Source: an uncultured Bacteroidia bacterium (GTDB lineage: Bacteria > Bacteroidota > Bacteroidia > Palsa-948). From it: a stretch of DNA of 64,000 nucleotides. Below, in pieces: positions 18,039 to 28,116 of the stretch. The DNA lies in contig CAYZTB010000002.1 of NCBI GenBank assembly GCA_964481195.1, positions 66,214-130,213 of the forward strand, in the 5' to 3' direction. The notes beneath the pieces are model-generated. The model was given only the letters and a program-made list of their open reading frames with translations. It made no database searches and had not been told where the DNA came from. Within the stretch, counting starts at the first letter, position 1. Each line of letters opens with the position of its first letter. Made by a program: the position numbers and the translations under genes.

Positions 18039-19766
18039 GTGATGAAAAATTATATTTACTATCTATTTCTTATTCTGCTATTTGCCTCTTGTGGCATAGG
18101 AGAATCTGATAATTCGTACCGCGAAAATCCTAAAGGAGGACGTGTTTACGGTGGCACTCTCCATGTAAATGAATCCTATCAATATCTTTCTTTATATCCC
18201 TATAAAATTACGGATGCTGTTTCTCATAATATTGCAAATCAGATTTACGAAGGGTTGGTTAGGTTTGATAGAAGAAATATTACCGAGGTGCAACCCAGCA
18301 TAGCAAGTAGATGGGAGATTGATGCTACAGGCACTCAATATACTTTTTACTTAAAAAAGGATGTGTTTTTTCATGACGATCCTTGTTTCCCAAATGGTAA
18401 GGGCAGAGAGGTTAAGGCGCAGGATTTTAAATATTCTTTTCAATTACTTTGTACAAAGAGCGATGACAACCCTTTATTTGAATCAACCTTTAAAGGAAAG
18501 GTAAAAGGTGCCGATGCATTTTATAGTGGTGAAAAATCATCCCTAGATGGAGTTATCGTAATTGATGATTATACTTTACAAATAAATTTAATTACTCCAA
18601 CAAATTCTTTCTTATATATATTGGCTGGAGAAGGTGGTACCGTTTTAGCGCAGGAAGCAGTAAAGAAATATGGTCGAAATATTACTGTTGGAACAGGACC
18701 ATTTATTTTTAAAGGCAAAAACAGTTTGGATCAGCTAGTTTTGGTGAGCAACCCAGTTTATCACCGTACAGATTCTTTAGGGAACAAACTCCCATTCATA
18801 GATTCCTTAGTTTTTAATTTTATTGTAGACAAAAAAGAAGAGCTGGAAGCATTTAAACGTGGAGATATTCATATCATATTTGAACTTCCTTCTGAGTCAA
18901 TCAGTGAAATGGTGGAAGCGCAAATTGCGGACTTTGATAAGAAATCAGCAAAGTATCTTTTGTTTCGCACACCGGTTATGTCCACTCAGTATTATCAGTT
19001 TAATATTTTGAAAAAGCCATTTACCGATTTGAAAGTCAGACAAGCATTTTCGTATGCTATTAATAGAAAAAAAATTATTACCGATGTGTTACATTCAGAA
19101 GCCTTTGGGCCAGGCATTTGTGGGTTAACGCCTCCTGGAATTCCGGATTACGACATCACTCAAATCAAAGGCTATATGTTTAATAGCGATAAGGCAAAAA
19201 AACTATTGGCAGAAGCCGGATATCCGGATGGAAAAAATTTCCCCAAGATTACCATTGAGTTGAATAGTGGAGGAGGAAAGCACCTTGCGGTTGTTGAAGA
19301 GATAGAAAAGCAATTAAAAGAGGTGCTAAATATTGATGTAGATTTTATAGTAGTTCCATTTGCTCAAAAGCTTGAGGATGCAAAGTATGGTAAAATAGAT
19401 ATGTGTCGTGCCGGTTGGGTAGCGGACTATCCAACTCCAGAAAGTTTTCTGAGAATTTTTTCTGGAGAGAATGTGCCCGATAGCATGAATTTACCTTCTT
19501 TCCCAAACACAATCAAGTATAAAAATCATTCGTTTGATAGTTTGTTTCAATTAGGCGTTTCTGCTAAAACCCCCGAAAAAGCATATGAGGAGTTTTTGAA
19601 AGCAGAACAAATTATGATTGATGATGCACCGGTCATGGTGCTTTGGTATGATGAAAGTCTTAAAATGGCTCACTCATTTGTAAAAAACGTTTTTTTTAAT
19701 TCGATGAACTATAAAGAGTTTTCCGAAGTGTACCTTCAGCGTGAATCTGACAAAGCCGCACAATAA
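18039..19766 (+). CDS. ABC transporter substrate-binding lipoprotein (SBP family 5, peptide/nickel type).
   Basis: Lipoprotein signal (…LFASCG). 575 aa, the length and composition of SBP_bac_5. Confidence 0.65.
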   Translation: MMKNYIYYLFLILLFASCGIGESDNSYRENPKGGRVYGGTLHVNESYQYLSLYPYKITDAVSHNIANQIYEGLVRFDRRNITEVQPSIASRWEIDATGTQYTFYLKKDVFFHDDPCFPNGKGREVKAQDFKYSFQLLCTKSDDNPLFESTFKGKVKGADAFYSGEKSSLDGVIVIDDYTLQINLITPTNSFLYILAGEGGTVLAQEAVKKYGRNITVGTGPFIFKGKNSLDQLVLVSNPVYHRTDSLGNKLPFIDSLVFNFIVDKKEELEAFKRGDIHIIFELPSESISEMVEAQIADFDKKSAKYLLFRTPVMSTQYYQFNILKKPFTDLKVRQAFSYAINRKKIITDVLHSEAFGPGICGLTPPGIPDYDITQIKGYMFNSDKAKKLLAEAGYPDGKNFPKITIELNSGGGKHLAVVEEIEKQLKEVLNIDVDFIVVPFAQKLEDAKYGKIDMCRAGWVADYPTPESFLRIFSGENVPDSMNLPSFPNTIKYKNHSFDSLFQLGVSAKTPEKAYEEFLKAEQIMIDDAPVMVLWYDESLKMAHSFVKNVFFNSMNYKEFSEVYLQRESDKAAQ

Positions 19767-19772
19767 TATTTT

Positions 19773-20030
19773 ATGGAGCTTCGCTGTCTGGTTAAGCCCC
19801 AAAGTAAAATAGACAAGATACAAGTAGAGTTGGATGGAACTTTGAGAATTAAGATTCGCGCCTTGCCTGTAGCTGGTAAGGCTAATCAATATCTGATTAC
19901 TTACTTAGCCTCCGTGTTTGATGTTTACAAGGGAAGCATTCAGATTATTTCAGGTTTTACTAATTCACATAAAAGAATTAATATTGTGGCTGACGAAACA
20001 AAAATTATAAACAAGCTCAAAACTTTATAA
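19773..20030 (+). CDS. DUF167 (YggU-like) family protein.
   Basis: 85 aa. …LRIKIRALPVAGKANQYLITYLA is the characteristic DUF167 core. Confidence 0.7.
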   Translation: MELRCLVKPQSKIDKIQVELDGTLRIKIRALPVAGKANQYLITYLASVFDVYKGSIQIISGFTNSHKRINIVADETKIINKLKTL

Positions 20031-20040
20031 ACTCATTCCT

Positions 20041-21330
20041 ATGCGCTACGACCAAATCCCTTCCAGTCTATTTATAGAAAATAGAAAAAAATTTAGTAAA
20101 GAGATTCCGGCAGGATCATTGGCTATATTTCAGAGTAATGATATCATGCCTTCCAGTGCGGATGGCACCATGGCATTTAAGCAGGCTACGGATATCTTGT
20201 GGCTTTCAGGCGCAGATCAAGAAGAAAGCATCTTATTAATATTTCCGGATTCCAAATTGCCGGAGCACCGTGAAGTATTATTTCTGAAAGAAACTAACGA
20301 ACACATTGCAATATGGGAGGGCGCTAAGTTCACCAAAAAACAGGCTGCCGAAGTTTCTGGCATTCAAACTGTTTATTGGCTTTCGCAATTTAAAACGGTG
20401 TTGCATACGCTTATGTGCGAATGCAAGCAAGTGTATCTAAATACCAACGAACATCTACGAGCAGTTATCGAAGTGGAAACACGCGATGCTCGTTTTGTAA
20501 AATGGTGCAAAGAGCAATACCCACTACATACTTATAATCGCGTGCAACCTATCATGCATAAGTTGCGAGCAATAAAATCAAAAGAAGAAGTTGTTTTAAT
20601 TCAAAAGGCTTGTGACATAACAGAAAAAGGATTTAGAAGATTGTTAGGATTTATTAAACCCGGAGTTTGGGAATATGAAATTGAAGCGGAGTTGATTCAT
20701 GAGTTTGTGCGAAATCGTTCCAAAGGATTTGCCTACGGACCTATTATAGCTTCCGGATTTAATGCTTGCGTATTACATTACGTAGATAATAATAAGGAAT
20801 GTAAGGCTGGCGATGTAATATTAATGGATGTAGCTGCCGAATATGCAAACTATGCATCGGATTTAACTCGCTGCGTTCCTGTATCCGGAAAATTTACTAA
20901 GCGACAAAAAAATGTGTACGATGCAGTGCTGCGTGTCATGAATTCTTCCATTGCCATGTTAAAGCCAGGCAACAACATCATTGACTATCACGAAGCCGTT
21001 GGCGAATTAATGGAAGCGGAACTGGTTAAGCTAAAATTATTAAATGCATCGGCAATAAAAAAACAAGACCCTAAGAATCCACTTTACAAAAAATATTTTA
21101 TGCACGGCACTTCTCATTATTTGGGACTTGACGTACATGATTATGGCGATAGATACCGAAAGTTTGAAGCTGGTATGGTTTTTACTTGCGAGCCAGGCAT
21201 ATATATCAGGGAGGAAAATTTAGGCATACGCTTGGAGAATGATATTTTGCTTACAAAAAATGGAAATGTGGACCTTATGAAAAACATTCCTGTTGAAGCA
21301 GAGGAGATTGAAGACCTAATGAATGCCTAA
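20041..21330 (+). CDS. pepP: Xaa-Pro aminopeptidase (M24B).
   Basis: Creatinase-like N-domain plus M24 metal ligands (HGTSHYLGLDVHD, EPGIY). Confidence 0.8.
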   Translation: MRYDQIPSSLFIENRKKFSKEIPAGSLAIFQSNDIMPSSADGTMAFKQATDILWLSGADQEESILLIFPDSKLPEHREVLFLKETNEHIAIWEGAKFTKKQAAEVSGIQTVYWLSQFKTVLHTLMCECKQVYLNTNEHLRAVIEVETRDARFVKWCKEQYPLHTYNRVQPIMHKLRAIKSKEEVVLIQKACDITEKGFRRLLGFIKPGVWEYEIEAELIHEFVRNRSKGFAYGPIIASGFNACVLHYVDNNKECKAGDVILMDVAAEYANYASDLTRCVPVSGKFTKRQKNVYDAVLRVMNSSIAMLKPGNNIIDYHEAVGELMEAELVKLKLLNASAIKKQDPKNPLYKKYFMHGTSHYLGLDVHDYGDRYRKFEAGMVFTCEPGIYIREENLGIRLENDILLTKNGNVDLMKNIPVEAEEIEDLMNA

Positions 21331-22136
21331 TGATACGTTACGCAGATTTTCGAAATGTAAAAGTCCGGTACGCTGACATTGGCAAGGGCAGAGTAGTGGT
21401 ACTGCTTCATGGTTTTTTAGAAAGCCTGGAAGTGCTCGAAGAACTTGCCCTCAAGCTATCAAAATCTTTTCGTGTTATTTCTATTGATCTACCCGGGCAC
21501 GGAAAAACTCCGGTTGTAGGTTATATGCACTCTATGGATTTGATGGCACAGTGTGTGAAGTCTGTGTTAGACTCCTTGCATTTGAAAAAATATGTTTTGG
21601 TTGGACACTCCATGGGAGGTTATGCAACTCTGGCATTTGCAAATCTGTTCCCAGTTCCACTAGCAGGTTTTTGCTTGTTAGATTCTACGGCATTGCCAGA
21701 TTCGGAAGAAAAAAAAATGGACCGGGATCGTATGATTGAAATAGTAAAAAAAGAGCACAAAAATTTTGTAGCAGATTTAATCCCAAAACTATTTGCGCCC
21801 GAAAATAGTTCATTGTTTAAAAAGGAAATTGCTGTTGCAAAGCGTGTAGCCATGGAAACATCTGTTGAAGGTACAGCTTCTGCTTTGTTGGGAATGAAAA
21901 CTCGTCCCTCTTTTGAACACACGCTTAAAAATTCAAAAGTGCCCGTATTATTTGTAATAGGGAAAAAGGACGTTCTTTTAGCTTGGGAAAATATTTTGTT
22001 GCTAACCAGCTTGCCTAAAAAATCTTATCATATTATTCTTGAACATGCAGGGCACATGGGTTTTTATGAAGCTCCTGAAGAAACGCACAAGGCTATTCGT
22101 AAGTTTTGCAGGATGTGTTTCGCATCAGCTAAGTAA
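21330..22136 (+). CDS. Alpha/beta-fold hydrolase.
   Basis: HGF oxyanion motif and GHSMGG nucleophile elbow. Confidence 0.75.
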   Translation: MIRYADFRNVKVRYADIGKGRVVVLLHGFLESLEVLEELALKLSKSFRVISIDLPGHGKTPVVGYMHSMDLMAQCVKSVLDSLHLKKYVLVGHSMGGYATLAFANLFPVPLAGFCLLDSTALPDSEEKKMDRDRMIEIVKKEHKNFVADLIPKLFAPENSSLFKKEIAVAKRVAMETSVEGTASALLGMKTRPSFEHTLKNSKVPVLFVIGKKDVLLAWENILLLTSLPKKSYHIILEHAGHMGFYEAPEETHKAIRKFCRMCFASAK

Positions 22137-23123
22137 TTATTTCTGCGGCATTCCAAGCCCATACTCTTTTTTATTTTTTTGTTTGCGCATTGTTTTCCGT
22201 TCTTTTTTCGAAGGGCTAAATTTTCCGGTCTCATCTCCGCTTGACTGACTCATTTGCTTTTCCTCTTTTGAGCTGCGCTTGAAAAACTTCTTTTTTCCTT
22301 TGGTTTTATGTTTTTTTGTTTTGCCCTTTGCAGCGTTAGAAGAAGCATTCTTTTTTAATTTAACACGTGTTGCAAATGCATCATTTCCTCCAGCCTTAGA
22401 TTTTTTTAGTTTTCGCTCAGATCTTTTTTTAACTTTTTTCCCCTGTGCTTTATCGCCATAATCCATCGTGTAATCGTTACTAACTGTAAAGCCACCATCG
22501 CTTACATCTTTCCCTTTTACTCTTTTGTTTTTCTTTCCTTTTACTCTTTTTCCTTTTGCTCGATCACCATATTGTTTTGATTTTGAATTGGTAGCAAAAG
22601 CATCCGATGAGCCATCACTTTTAGTTTTATTTTTTACACGCTTGCTTCTTTTGCCTCTTGCTTTATCACCGTATTGTTTAGATTTTGAGTTGGTAGCAAA
22701 TGCATCCGATGAATTATCTCCTTTATCCTTGTTTTTTACACGCTTTGTTCTTTTCCCTTTGGATTTTTCTCCATACTGTTTGGATTTTCTTTTTGAAGCA
22801 AATGCATCGGAAGAGTTATCGCTTTGTATTTTATTCTTCTCCTTTTTTACTCTTTTGCCTTTTGATTTATCTCCGTAACTTTTAGATTTAGTTTTTGCAG
22901 AGAAGCCATCACTCGTCTTGCCTGATTTTTTTTGACGTGGTGCTTTAAAACTTTCTTTTTGCTTAGCCTCCTTACGCTTACTTTTCTTTCTTCCAAAAAA
23001 ACCACCTTCTGTATTAGTTTTATGTTTAGCAGGTTTATCGGCAGCAGGCTCCTGACCCCAAACATTTATGGAGGAGAGAATAAATAGAAATAATATAAAT
23101 AGAGACTGTATCCTTACCGGCAT
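22137..23123 (-). CDS. Secreted Lys-rich tandem-repeat protein of unknown function.
   Basis: Signal peptide MPVRIQSLFILFLFILSSINVWG. It has 4–5 tandem ~34-aa repeats SDAFATNSKSKQYGDKAKGKRVKRVKNKTKSDGS (~102-nt period at the DNA level) and very high K/R content. Confidence 0.55.
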   Translation of the reverse strand: MPVRIQSLFILFLFILSSINVWGQEPAADKPAKHKTNTEGGFFGRKKSKRKEAKQKESFKAPRQKKSGKTSDGFSAKTKSKSYGDKSKGKRVKKEKNKIQSDNSSDAFASKRKSKQYGEKSKGKRTKRVKNKDKGDNSSDAFATNSKSKQYGDKARGKRSKRVKNKTKSDGSSDAFATNSKSKQYGDRAKGKRVKGKKNKRVKGKDVSDGGFTVSNDYTMDYGDKAQGKKVKKRSERKLKKSKAGGNDAFATRVKLKKNASSNAAKGKTKKHKTKGKKKFFKRSSKEEKQMSQSSGDETGKFSPSKKERKTMRKQKNKKEYGLGMPQK

Positions 23124-23159
23124 ATCTGTAAAGATACAAAAAATGAAAAAAAGATAAAA

Positions 23160-23405
23160 TTAGTCGAGCGGCTCGGCTAAAACAATATCCTCCAATTCTA
23201 CAGGAGTTTTTAGTCGTTCGCAGGTGGTTCTATCATTTGCCTGCTCGGCCATTTTGTAACGCATGCGCTCCGAGGCTGTGGAGAAGAAATGTATCAATTC
23301 ATTTCCAAGGCTGTTTTCCCAAATAACGCCAAAGACTTCTTTGCCGCCTTTTAGTTTAAACTTACACAAGGTGTCGTTGTATTGTAGAAAATCGTTACGT
23401 TTCAT
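23160..23405 (-). CDS. Hypothetical small protein.
   Basis: 81-aa ORF with no recognisable motif. Confidence 0.35.
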   Translation of the reverse strand: MKRNDFLQYNDTLCKFKLKGGKEVFGVIWENSLGNELIHFFSTASERMRYKMAEQANDRTTCERLKTPVELEDIVLAEPLD

Positions 23406-23529
23406 AGGTTTGGTTTTACATTATAAATATTGTTAAGTGAAACGTAAAGCCCAAATTAATAGTTACATATAATTCTTCACAATAAAGATAGGATTGTTAA
23501 TATCCTTAAGGAAGGTGTAAATTCTTACA

Positions 23530-23967
23530 CTATTTAGCCCACATAAAAACTCTAGGGTTGTTTTCAAACTGCTTAAACGCCTCTTCGTCTGCAGAGAGAA
23601 TGGCAATGAAGTCTACAATGGGAAGCACTAAAAAGCAACCTCCCAGCGTACCAATGTAAACAAAAGGAATGTAAGGCTTTGTGCCTAGGGCAATTCGATG
23701 TAAGCCAAGTAATCCAAAAGGAAAAGGGAAGGAAAGTATCGCAGCCATCAACTTTTTCTTTTTATAATTTGAAACTTTTAAAGAGTCGTATGCAGCAATA
23801 AGCGGTATTTCGTTGTTGATTAATGGAATAGCTAGGCTATCAGATAAAAACGATTGTTCAGTTTCTGCTGTATGTAAAGTATCTGGTATGAATAGTGTAT
23901 TGTGATTTGCCTGAACAGCAGTTATTGAAAAAAGAAAAATATAAAATACGTACACCAACCTGTTCAT
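23530..23967 (-). CDS. Signal-peptide membrane protein with a TM2-like C-terminal domain.
   Basis: N-terminal signal plus a hydrophobic hairpin PFPFGLLGLHRIALGTKPYIPFVYIGTLGGCFLVLPIVDFIAI. Confidence 0.45.
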   Translation of the reverse strand: MNRLVYVFYIFLFSITAVQANHNTLFIPDTLHTAETEQSFLSDSLAIPLINNEIPLIAAYDSLKVSNYKKKKLMAAILSFPFPFGLLGLHRIALGTKPYIPFVYIGTLGGCFLVLPIVDFIAILSADEEAFKQFENNPRVFMWAK

Positions 23968-24058
23968 AAAATCAAAAATACAATTTGCTACTTGATACCA
24001 TTCCTAATAAAATATATTTATTTTTGTACATATCAACAAATCTATAAACCAAATCAAC

Positions 24059-24754
24059 ATGAAAAAAATCATTACTTATACTTTCTCAATGATTGTATTG
24101 ATTTCTGCAGGGAGTGCTTTTGCAGGAAACGGATTTATTGAGAATCCTTTGCAGCTAAAAAAGAACAAAAAATCAAATATTTTAAATTCAAGCTACAAGC
24201 TTGAAGATGAAGGCGCTAAGGCTTTTGGAGAAGGGAAACTGACTTTATCTTTAGGGTATGGCGCTGGTTCTGGCGGAATATTAAAAGCAATACTTAAAAC
24301 TTATGAATCTGAAGCCGGCTATAATTTTACAAGTTTAGGCCCTATTCATTTTAGAGGCGAGTATGGATTAACAGATAAAATGGGATTGGTGCTTAGTGTA
24401 AACCATAATAGCTGGCAGGCAAACTGGACACATACAGATTCTTCTGCAGTTGGAGTCATCTACCAAGATGAGTTTAAGCGTTCTGTAACCAGTATTTTGG
24501 CAAGATTTAATTTTCACTTTGGAATTACTGATCATGTGGATCCTTATTTTGGAGTTGGAGCGGGATATAGATTAGTAAATTATGCGTTTAAGTCTACAGA
24601 TCCTGCTTATAATATCTCCTGGACTAGCCCTCTAAATTTAGGCTTTGAAACAACGGTTGGCGTACGCTACTTTTTTACTGAAAGCTTTGGTATTTATGGA
24701 GAAATTGGACTTGCACAATCTTTTGTGCAGGGAGGATTGGCATTTACTTTTTAA
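24059..24754 (+). CDS. Outer-membrane beta-barrel protein (OmpA/OmpW-like).
   Basis: Signal peptide, alternating amphipathic strands, and a C-terminal aromatic …GGLAFTF. Confidence 0.55.
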   Translation: MKKIITYTFSMIVLISAGSAFAGNGFIENPLQLKKNKKSNILNSSYKLEDEGAKAFGEGKLTLSLGYGAGSGGILKAILKTYESEAGYNFTSLGPIHFRGEYGLTDKMGLVLSVNHNSWQANWTHTDSSAVGVIYQDEFKRSVTSILARFNFHFGITDHVDPYFGVGAGYRLVNYAFKSTDPAYNISWTSPLNLGFETTVGVRYFFTESFGIYGEIGLAQSFVQGGLAFTF

Positions 24755-24801
24755 GAGCATAACAAATTACATCAATAGCTCTGGCAAATGTCAGGGCTAT
24801 T

Positions 24802-25329
24802 TTATTTTATGGAGGTAAAGCTTTCTAGAATAATATTGAAGTCAGCATCGTAACTACTTTGCTCCTCGTTTGTAATCCCTAAAACGATTTTATAGTATGT
24901 TGATCGGCTTTCTATTACTGCAACTCTATAGTAAATGTTAGTTTTGCCAACCAGTCCCCTGATGTTGCCTATGTAGGAATTAAGATTGTTTATTTTTTTC
25001 GGGTAATATTTCAATAAACTTCCGCTATTCATTTTAGAAATATATTCTTGAGCGGAATTGTTGAATGTAAATTTTAATGTATTGCTTGAATCAATAGGGA
25101 TTTCGTAGACCAGCATAAAAATATTTTCTTTTGAACCAAAAAGTTGAAGTAATGCGCTTGAGTCTGCCTGGTTGGATGCTGATAAATAGGAGGGTATTGA
25201 TAAAGAAAATTTATCCGGCACTACAACCTTTCTGTATTCTATATTCTCAGTATGGAAAAAATGCCAAAAGGAAAAAAGTGTAATAGGGGTAATCAATAAA
25301 ATGATAAAGACAAACTTTCTTAAATTCAA
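24802..25329 (-). CDS. Hypothetical membrane-anchored protein, last gene of the nusA–infB operon.
   Basis: 175 aa with an N-terminal TM segment. It starts 4 nt after the infB stop. Confidence 0.45.
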   Translation of the reverse strand: MNLRKFVFIILLITPITLFSFWHFFHTENIEYRKVVVPDKFSLSIPSYLSASNQADSSALLQLFGSKENIFMLVYEIPIDSSNTLKFTFNNSAQEYISKMNSGSLLKYYPKKINNLNSYIGNIRGLVGKTNIYYRVAVIESRSTYYKIVLGITNEEQSSYDADFNIILESFTSIK

Positions 25330-25333
25330 GAAA

Positions 25334-28033
25334 TTACAGTTTAGCTTTTACCTCTACCTGCTCGTATCCTTCAATGATGTCGGCTGCTTGAATATCGTTA
25401 AAGTCGGAAATGCTTAATCCGCATTCCTGACCAGATACTACTTCTTTAACATCATCTTTAAAGCGCTTTAGCGATGAAAGTGTGCCAGAGTGTATTACTA
25501 CACCATTGCGGATAACACGAATTTTTGTGTTTCGGTTAATCTTTCCATCCAACATAATACATCCTGCAATGGTACCCACTTTGGTGATGTTAAACACTTC
25601 TTTGATTTCGATGTTGCAGGTAATTTTTTCTTGAAACTCAGGAGCCAACATACCTTCCATCGCATCCTTCACTTCATTAATTGCATTGTAAATAATGGAG
25701 TATAAGCGAATATCTATCTGTTCTTGTTCGGCTAATTTTCTTGCTGAAGCAGAAGGGCGTACGTTAAAGCAAACAATGATGGCATTGGATGCAGAGGCAA
25801 GAAGAACGTCTGAATCGCTAATCTGTCCAACTCCCTTGTGTATAATACGAACCTGAATTTTTGGAGTCGAAAGTTTCAATAAAGAGTCTGATAACGCTTC
25901 TACGGATCCATCTACGTCTCCTTTAACAATAATATTTAATTCTTGGAAATCACCAATGGCAATACGTCTGCCAATCTCATCCAGTGTAATATGTTTTTTA
26001 GTTCGAAGCGATTGCTCGCGCTGTAATTGCATTCTCTTGTTTGCAATTGCTTTTGCCTGACGTTCGTCATCCAGAGCATGAAACTTATCTCCCGCTTGAG
26101 GAGCACCATCCAATCCAAGAATTTGTACCGGAGAAGATGGACCTGCTTCGCTGATAGGCGTTCCACGTTCGTTATATAATGCTTTGATTCTTCCACTGAA
26201 GGGACCAGCAATTAATACATCACCCATTTTTATTGTTCCAGCACTCACCAAAAGAGTAGCTACATATCCTCGGCCTTTATCTAGCGATGATTCCACCACA
26301 GTACCAACAGCATGTTTATTTGGATTTGCAGTAAGTTCTTTTACTTCGGCTTCCAGCAATACTTTTTCTAATAGTAAATCTACATTTAGTCCAGTTTTTG
26401 CTGCCACTTCCTGACATTGATATTTTCCTCCCCAATCTTCAACGAGCATATTCATTTGAGATAATTGCTCTTTGATTTTTTCAGGATTGGCGCCAGGCTT
26501 ATCAATTTTATTTATGGCAATTACAATAGGCACCCCTGCTGCTTGAGCGTGATTGATGGCTTCTGTTGTTTGAGGCTTTATGCCATCATCAGCAGCTATT
26601 ACAATAATTGCCACATCCGTTACCTGTGCTCCACGGGCACGCATGGCTGTAAAGGCTTCGTGACCAGGAGTATCAAGGAAAGTAATTTTTTTGTCATTAT
26701 CTAAAACTACACTGTAAGCGCCTATGTGCTGAGTAATACCTCCTGCTTCACCGGCAATAACGTTAGCTTTTCTAATATGATCGAGTAGGGAAGTTTTTCC
26801 ATGGTCTACGTGACCCATTACCGTTACGATAGGAGGACGAGGCAACAAATCTTCGGGCTTATCTTCAACTTCCTGTACATCTTCAAGCGCTTCAACACTA
26901 ATAAATTGTACTTGATAGCCAAATTCTTCGGCTAGTAATGAAATTGTTTCAGCATCCAATCGTTGGTTGATGGAAACAAATATTCCAAGACCCATGCAAA
27001 AAGAAATAATATTGGTGGGCTGCAACTCCATCATAGTTGCCAGCTGACTAACCGAGATAAACTCTGTAACTTTTAGAATTTTCTTTTCTGCTTCACTCTG
27101 CTGATCTTGCTGATCTTTTTTCTCTGTAAATGCTTCGCGCTTTAATTTTCTATACTTCGCAGCTCTTGATTTTCCAGAACCTCCAATTTTAGATAGCGTT
27201 TGTTTTATTTGAGATTGAATTTCTCCCTGAGTAAGTTCAGTGCGTGGGGCAGAAGTTCTTCCTCGCCCAGCGCTTTGTCCGCCACCAGGACCACCTCTTC
27301 TTCGTTGTTGATTTTGTAGTGGTTTAGCGTTAGTGTCCGATGGTTTCCCTGCATCTTTCGCAAAACGTGCAAACTCATCCGTTTGGACTTTTTGTTTTTT
27401 TATCCTTTTCTTTTTCTTTCTAGTATCAAAGCTGGATCCTTTGCTTCCTTCTTTTTCTACAGGAAGAACAATCTTTCCAACCACTGTAGGACCTTCTAGT
27501 TTAGAGAAAGTAGTTTTGTGTTTCTCAGGTTCAGGTTCTCGAGCAACTATTTTTTGAACAGGCTTAGGAATTTCTTTTTCTACTGGCTTTACTTCTTCCT
27601 TTTCTTTTGCTTTTGGCTCAGCTTTCTTTTTGTTGGAAACAGCGTCAAGATCTATCTTACCAACTTCTTTAATATTAAATTGAGTTTTTTCTTTGGGAGC
27701 GCGAATTATTTCTTGTTCACTTACATTTCGAATTACTAATTCGTCTTCTTCGTGTTTTTTAGTGGTAATTTCAGATACAGAAGGAGCAGCCTCTTCAGAA
27801 ATAATCGCTTTCTTTTTTTCTTTCAGCTCCGTAATGCGCATACTCTCCTCCTTGTCCTTCTTTTCAGAAAGGAAGCCATCGGAAAGCAAATCATATTGCT
27901 CCTCAGAGATTTTTGTATTAGGATTACTAACAACATCATGTCCTTTCTCCTTGAGAAAATCAACAATCGTAGCAGTGCTGATGTTTAGCTCCTTGGCGAC
28001 TTTACTTAGGCGATGTACTGTAGCTTTTGACAT
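25334..28033 (-). CDS. infB: Translation initiation factor IF-2.
   Basis: 899 aa. GTP-binding G1–G4 motifs ([17 protein letters not shown]) and a Gly/Arg-rich N-terminal linker. Confidence 0.95.
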   Translation of the reverse strand: MSKATVHRLSKVAKELNISTATIVDFLKEKGHDVVSNPNTKISEEQYDLLSDGFLSEKKDKEESMRITELKEKKKAIISEEAAPSVSEITTKKHEEDELVIRNVSEQEIIRAPKEKTQFNIKEVGKIDLDAVSNKKKAEPKAKEKEEVKPVEKEIPKPVQKIVAREPEPEKHKTTFSKLEGPTVVGKIVLPVEKEGSKGSSFDTRKKKKRIKKQKVQTDEFARFAKDAGKPSDTNAKPLQNQQRRRGGPGGGQSAGRGRTSAPRTELTQGEIQSQIKQTLSKIGGSGKSRAAKYRKLKREAFTEKKDQQDQQSEAEKKILKVTEFISVSQLATMMELQPTNIISFCMGLGIFVSINQRLDAETISLLAEEFGYQVQFISVEALEDVQEVEDKPEDLLPRPPIVTVMGHVDHGKTSLLDHIRKANVIAGEAGGITQHIGAYSVVLDNDKKITFLDTPGHEAFTAMRARGAQVTDVAIIVIAADDGIKPQTTEAINHAQAAGVPIVIAINKIDKPGANPEKIKEQLSQMNMLVEDWGGKYQCQEVAAKTGLNVDLLLEKVLLEAEVKELTANPNKHAVGTVVESSLDKGRGYVATLLVSAGTIKMGDVLIAGPFSGRIKALYNERGTPISEAGPSSPVQILGLDGAPQAGDKFHALDDERQAKAIANKRMQLQREQSLRTKKHITLDEIGRRIAIGDFQELNIIVKGDVDGSVEALSDSLLKLSTPKIQVRIIHKGVGQISDSDVLLASASNAIIVCFNVRPSASARKLAEQEQIDIRLYSIIYNAINEVKDAMEGMLAPEFQEKITCNIEIKEVFNITKVGTIAGCIMLDGKINRNTKIRVIRNGVVIHSGTLSSLKRFKDDVKEVVSGQECGLSISDFNDIQAADIIEGYEQVEVKAKL

Positions 28034-28116
28034 ATCTGTTTTCTTATTTCTCCAAAAGATTTTTAATCAAGTTTTTAAAGGAAGGCATCAGTATTTTGCC
28101 AATGCCCCTAAAGTCC

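Noticed and set aside
22279-22885. Plus-strand repeat-containing ORFs (22279–22461, 22525–22878, 22700–22885) and a CRISPR-like periodicity.
   Set aside because: They mirror the minus-strand Lys-rich repeat gene, which has a signal peptide and an uninterrupted 328-aa frame. The ~102-nt repeats are diverged coding repeats with no spacer/repeat structure, so this is not CRISPR.
27230-27330. A GC-rich patch in infB that might be another in-frame mini-element.
   Set aside because: It encodes the normal Gly/Arg-rich IF-2 linker ([15 protein letters not shown]) and lacks the CTCTCCC/GGGAGAG cores.
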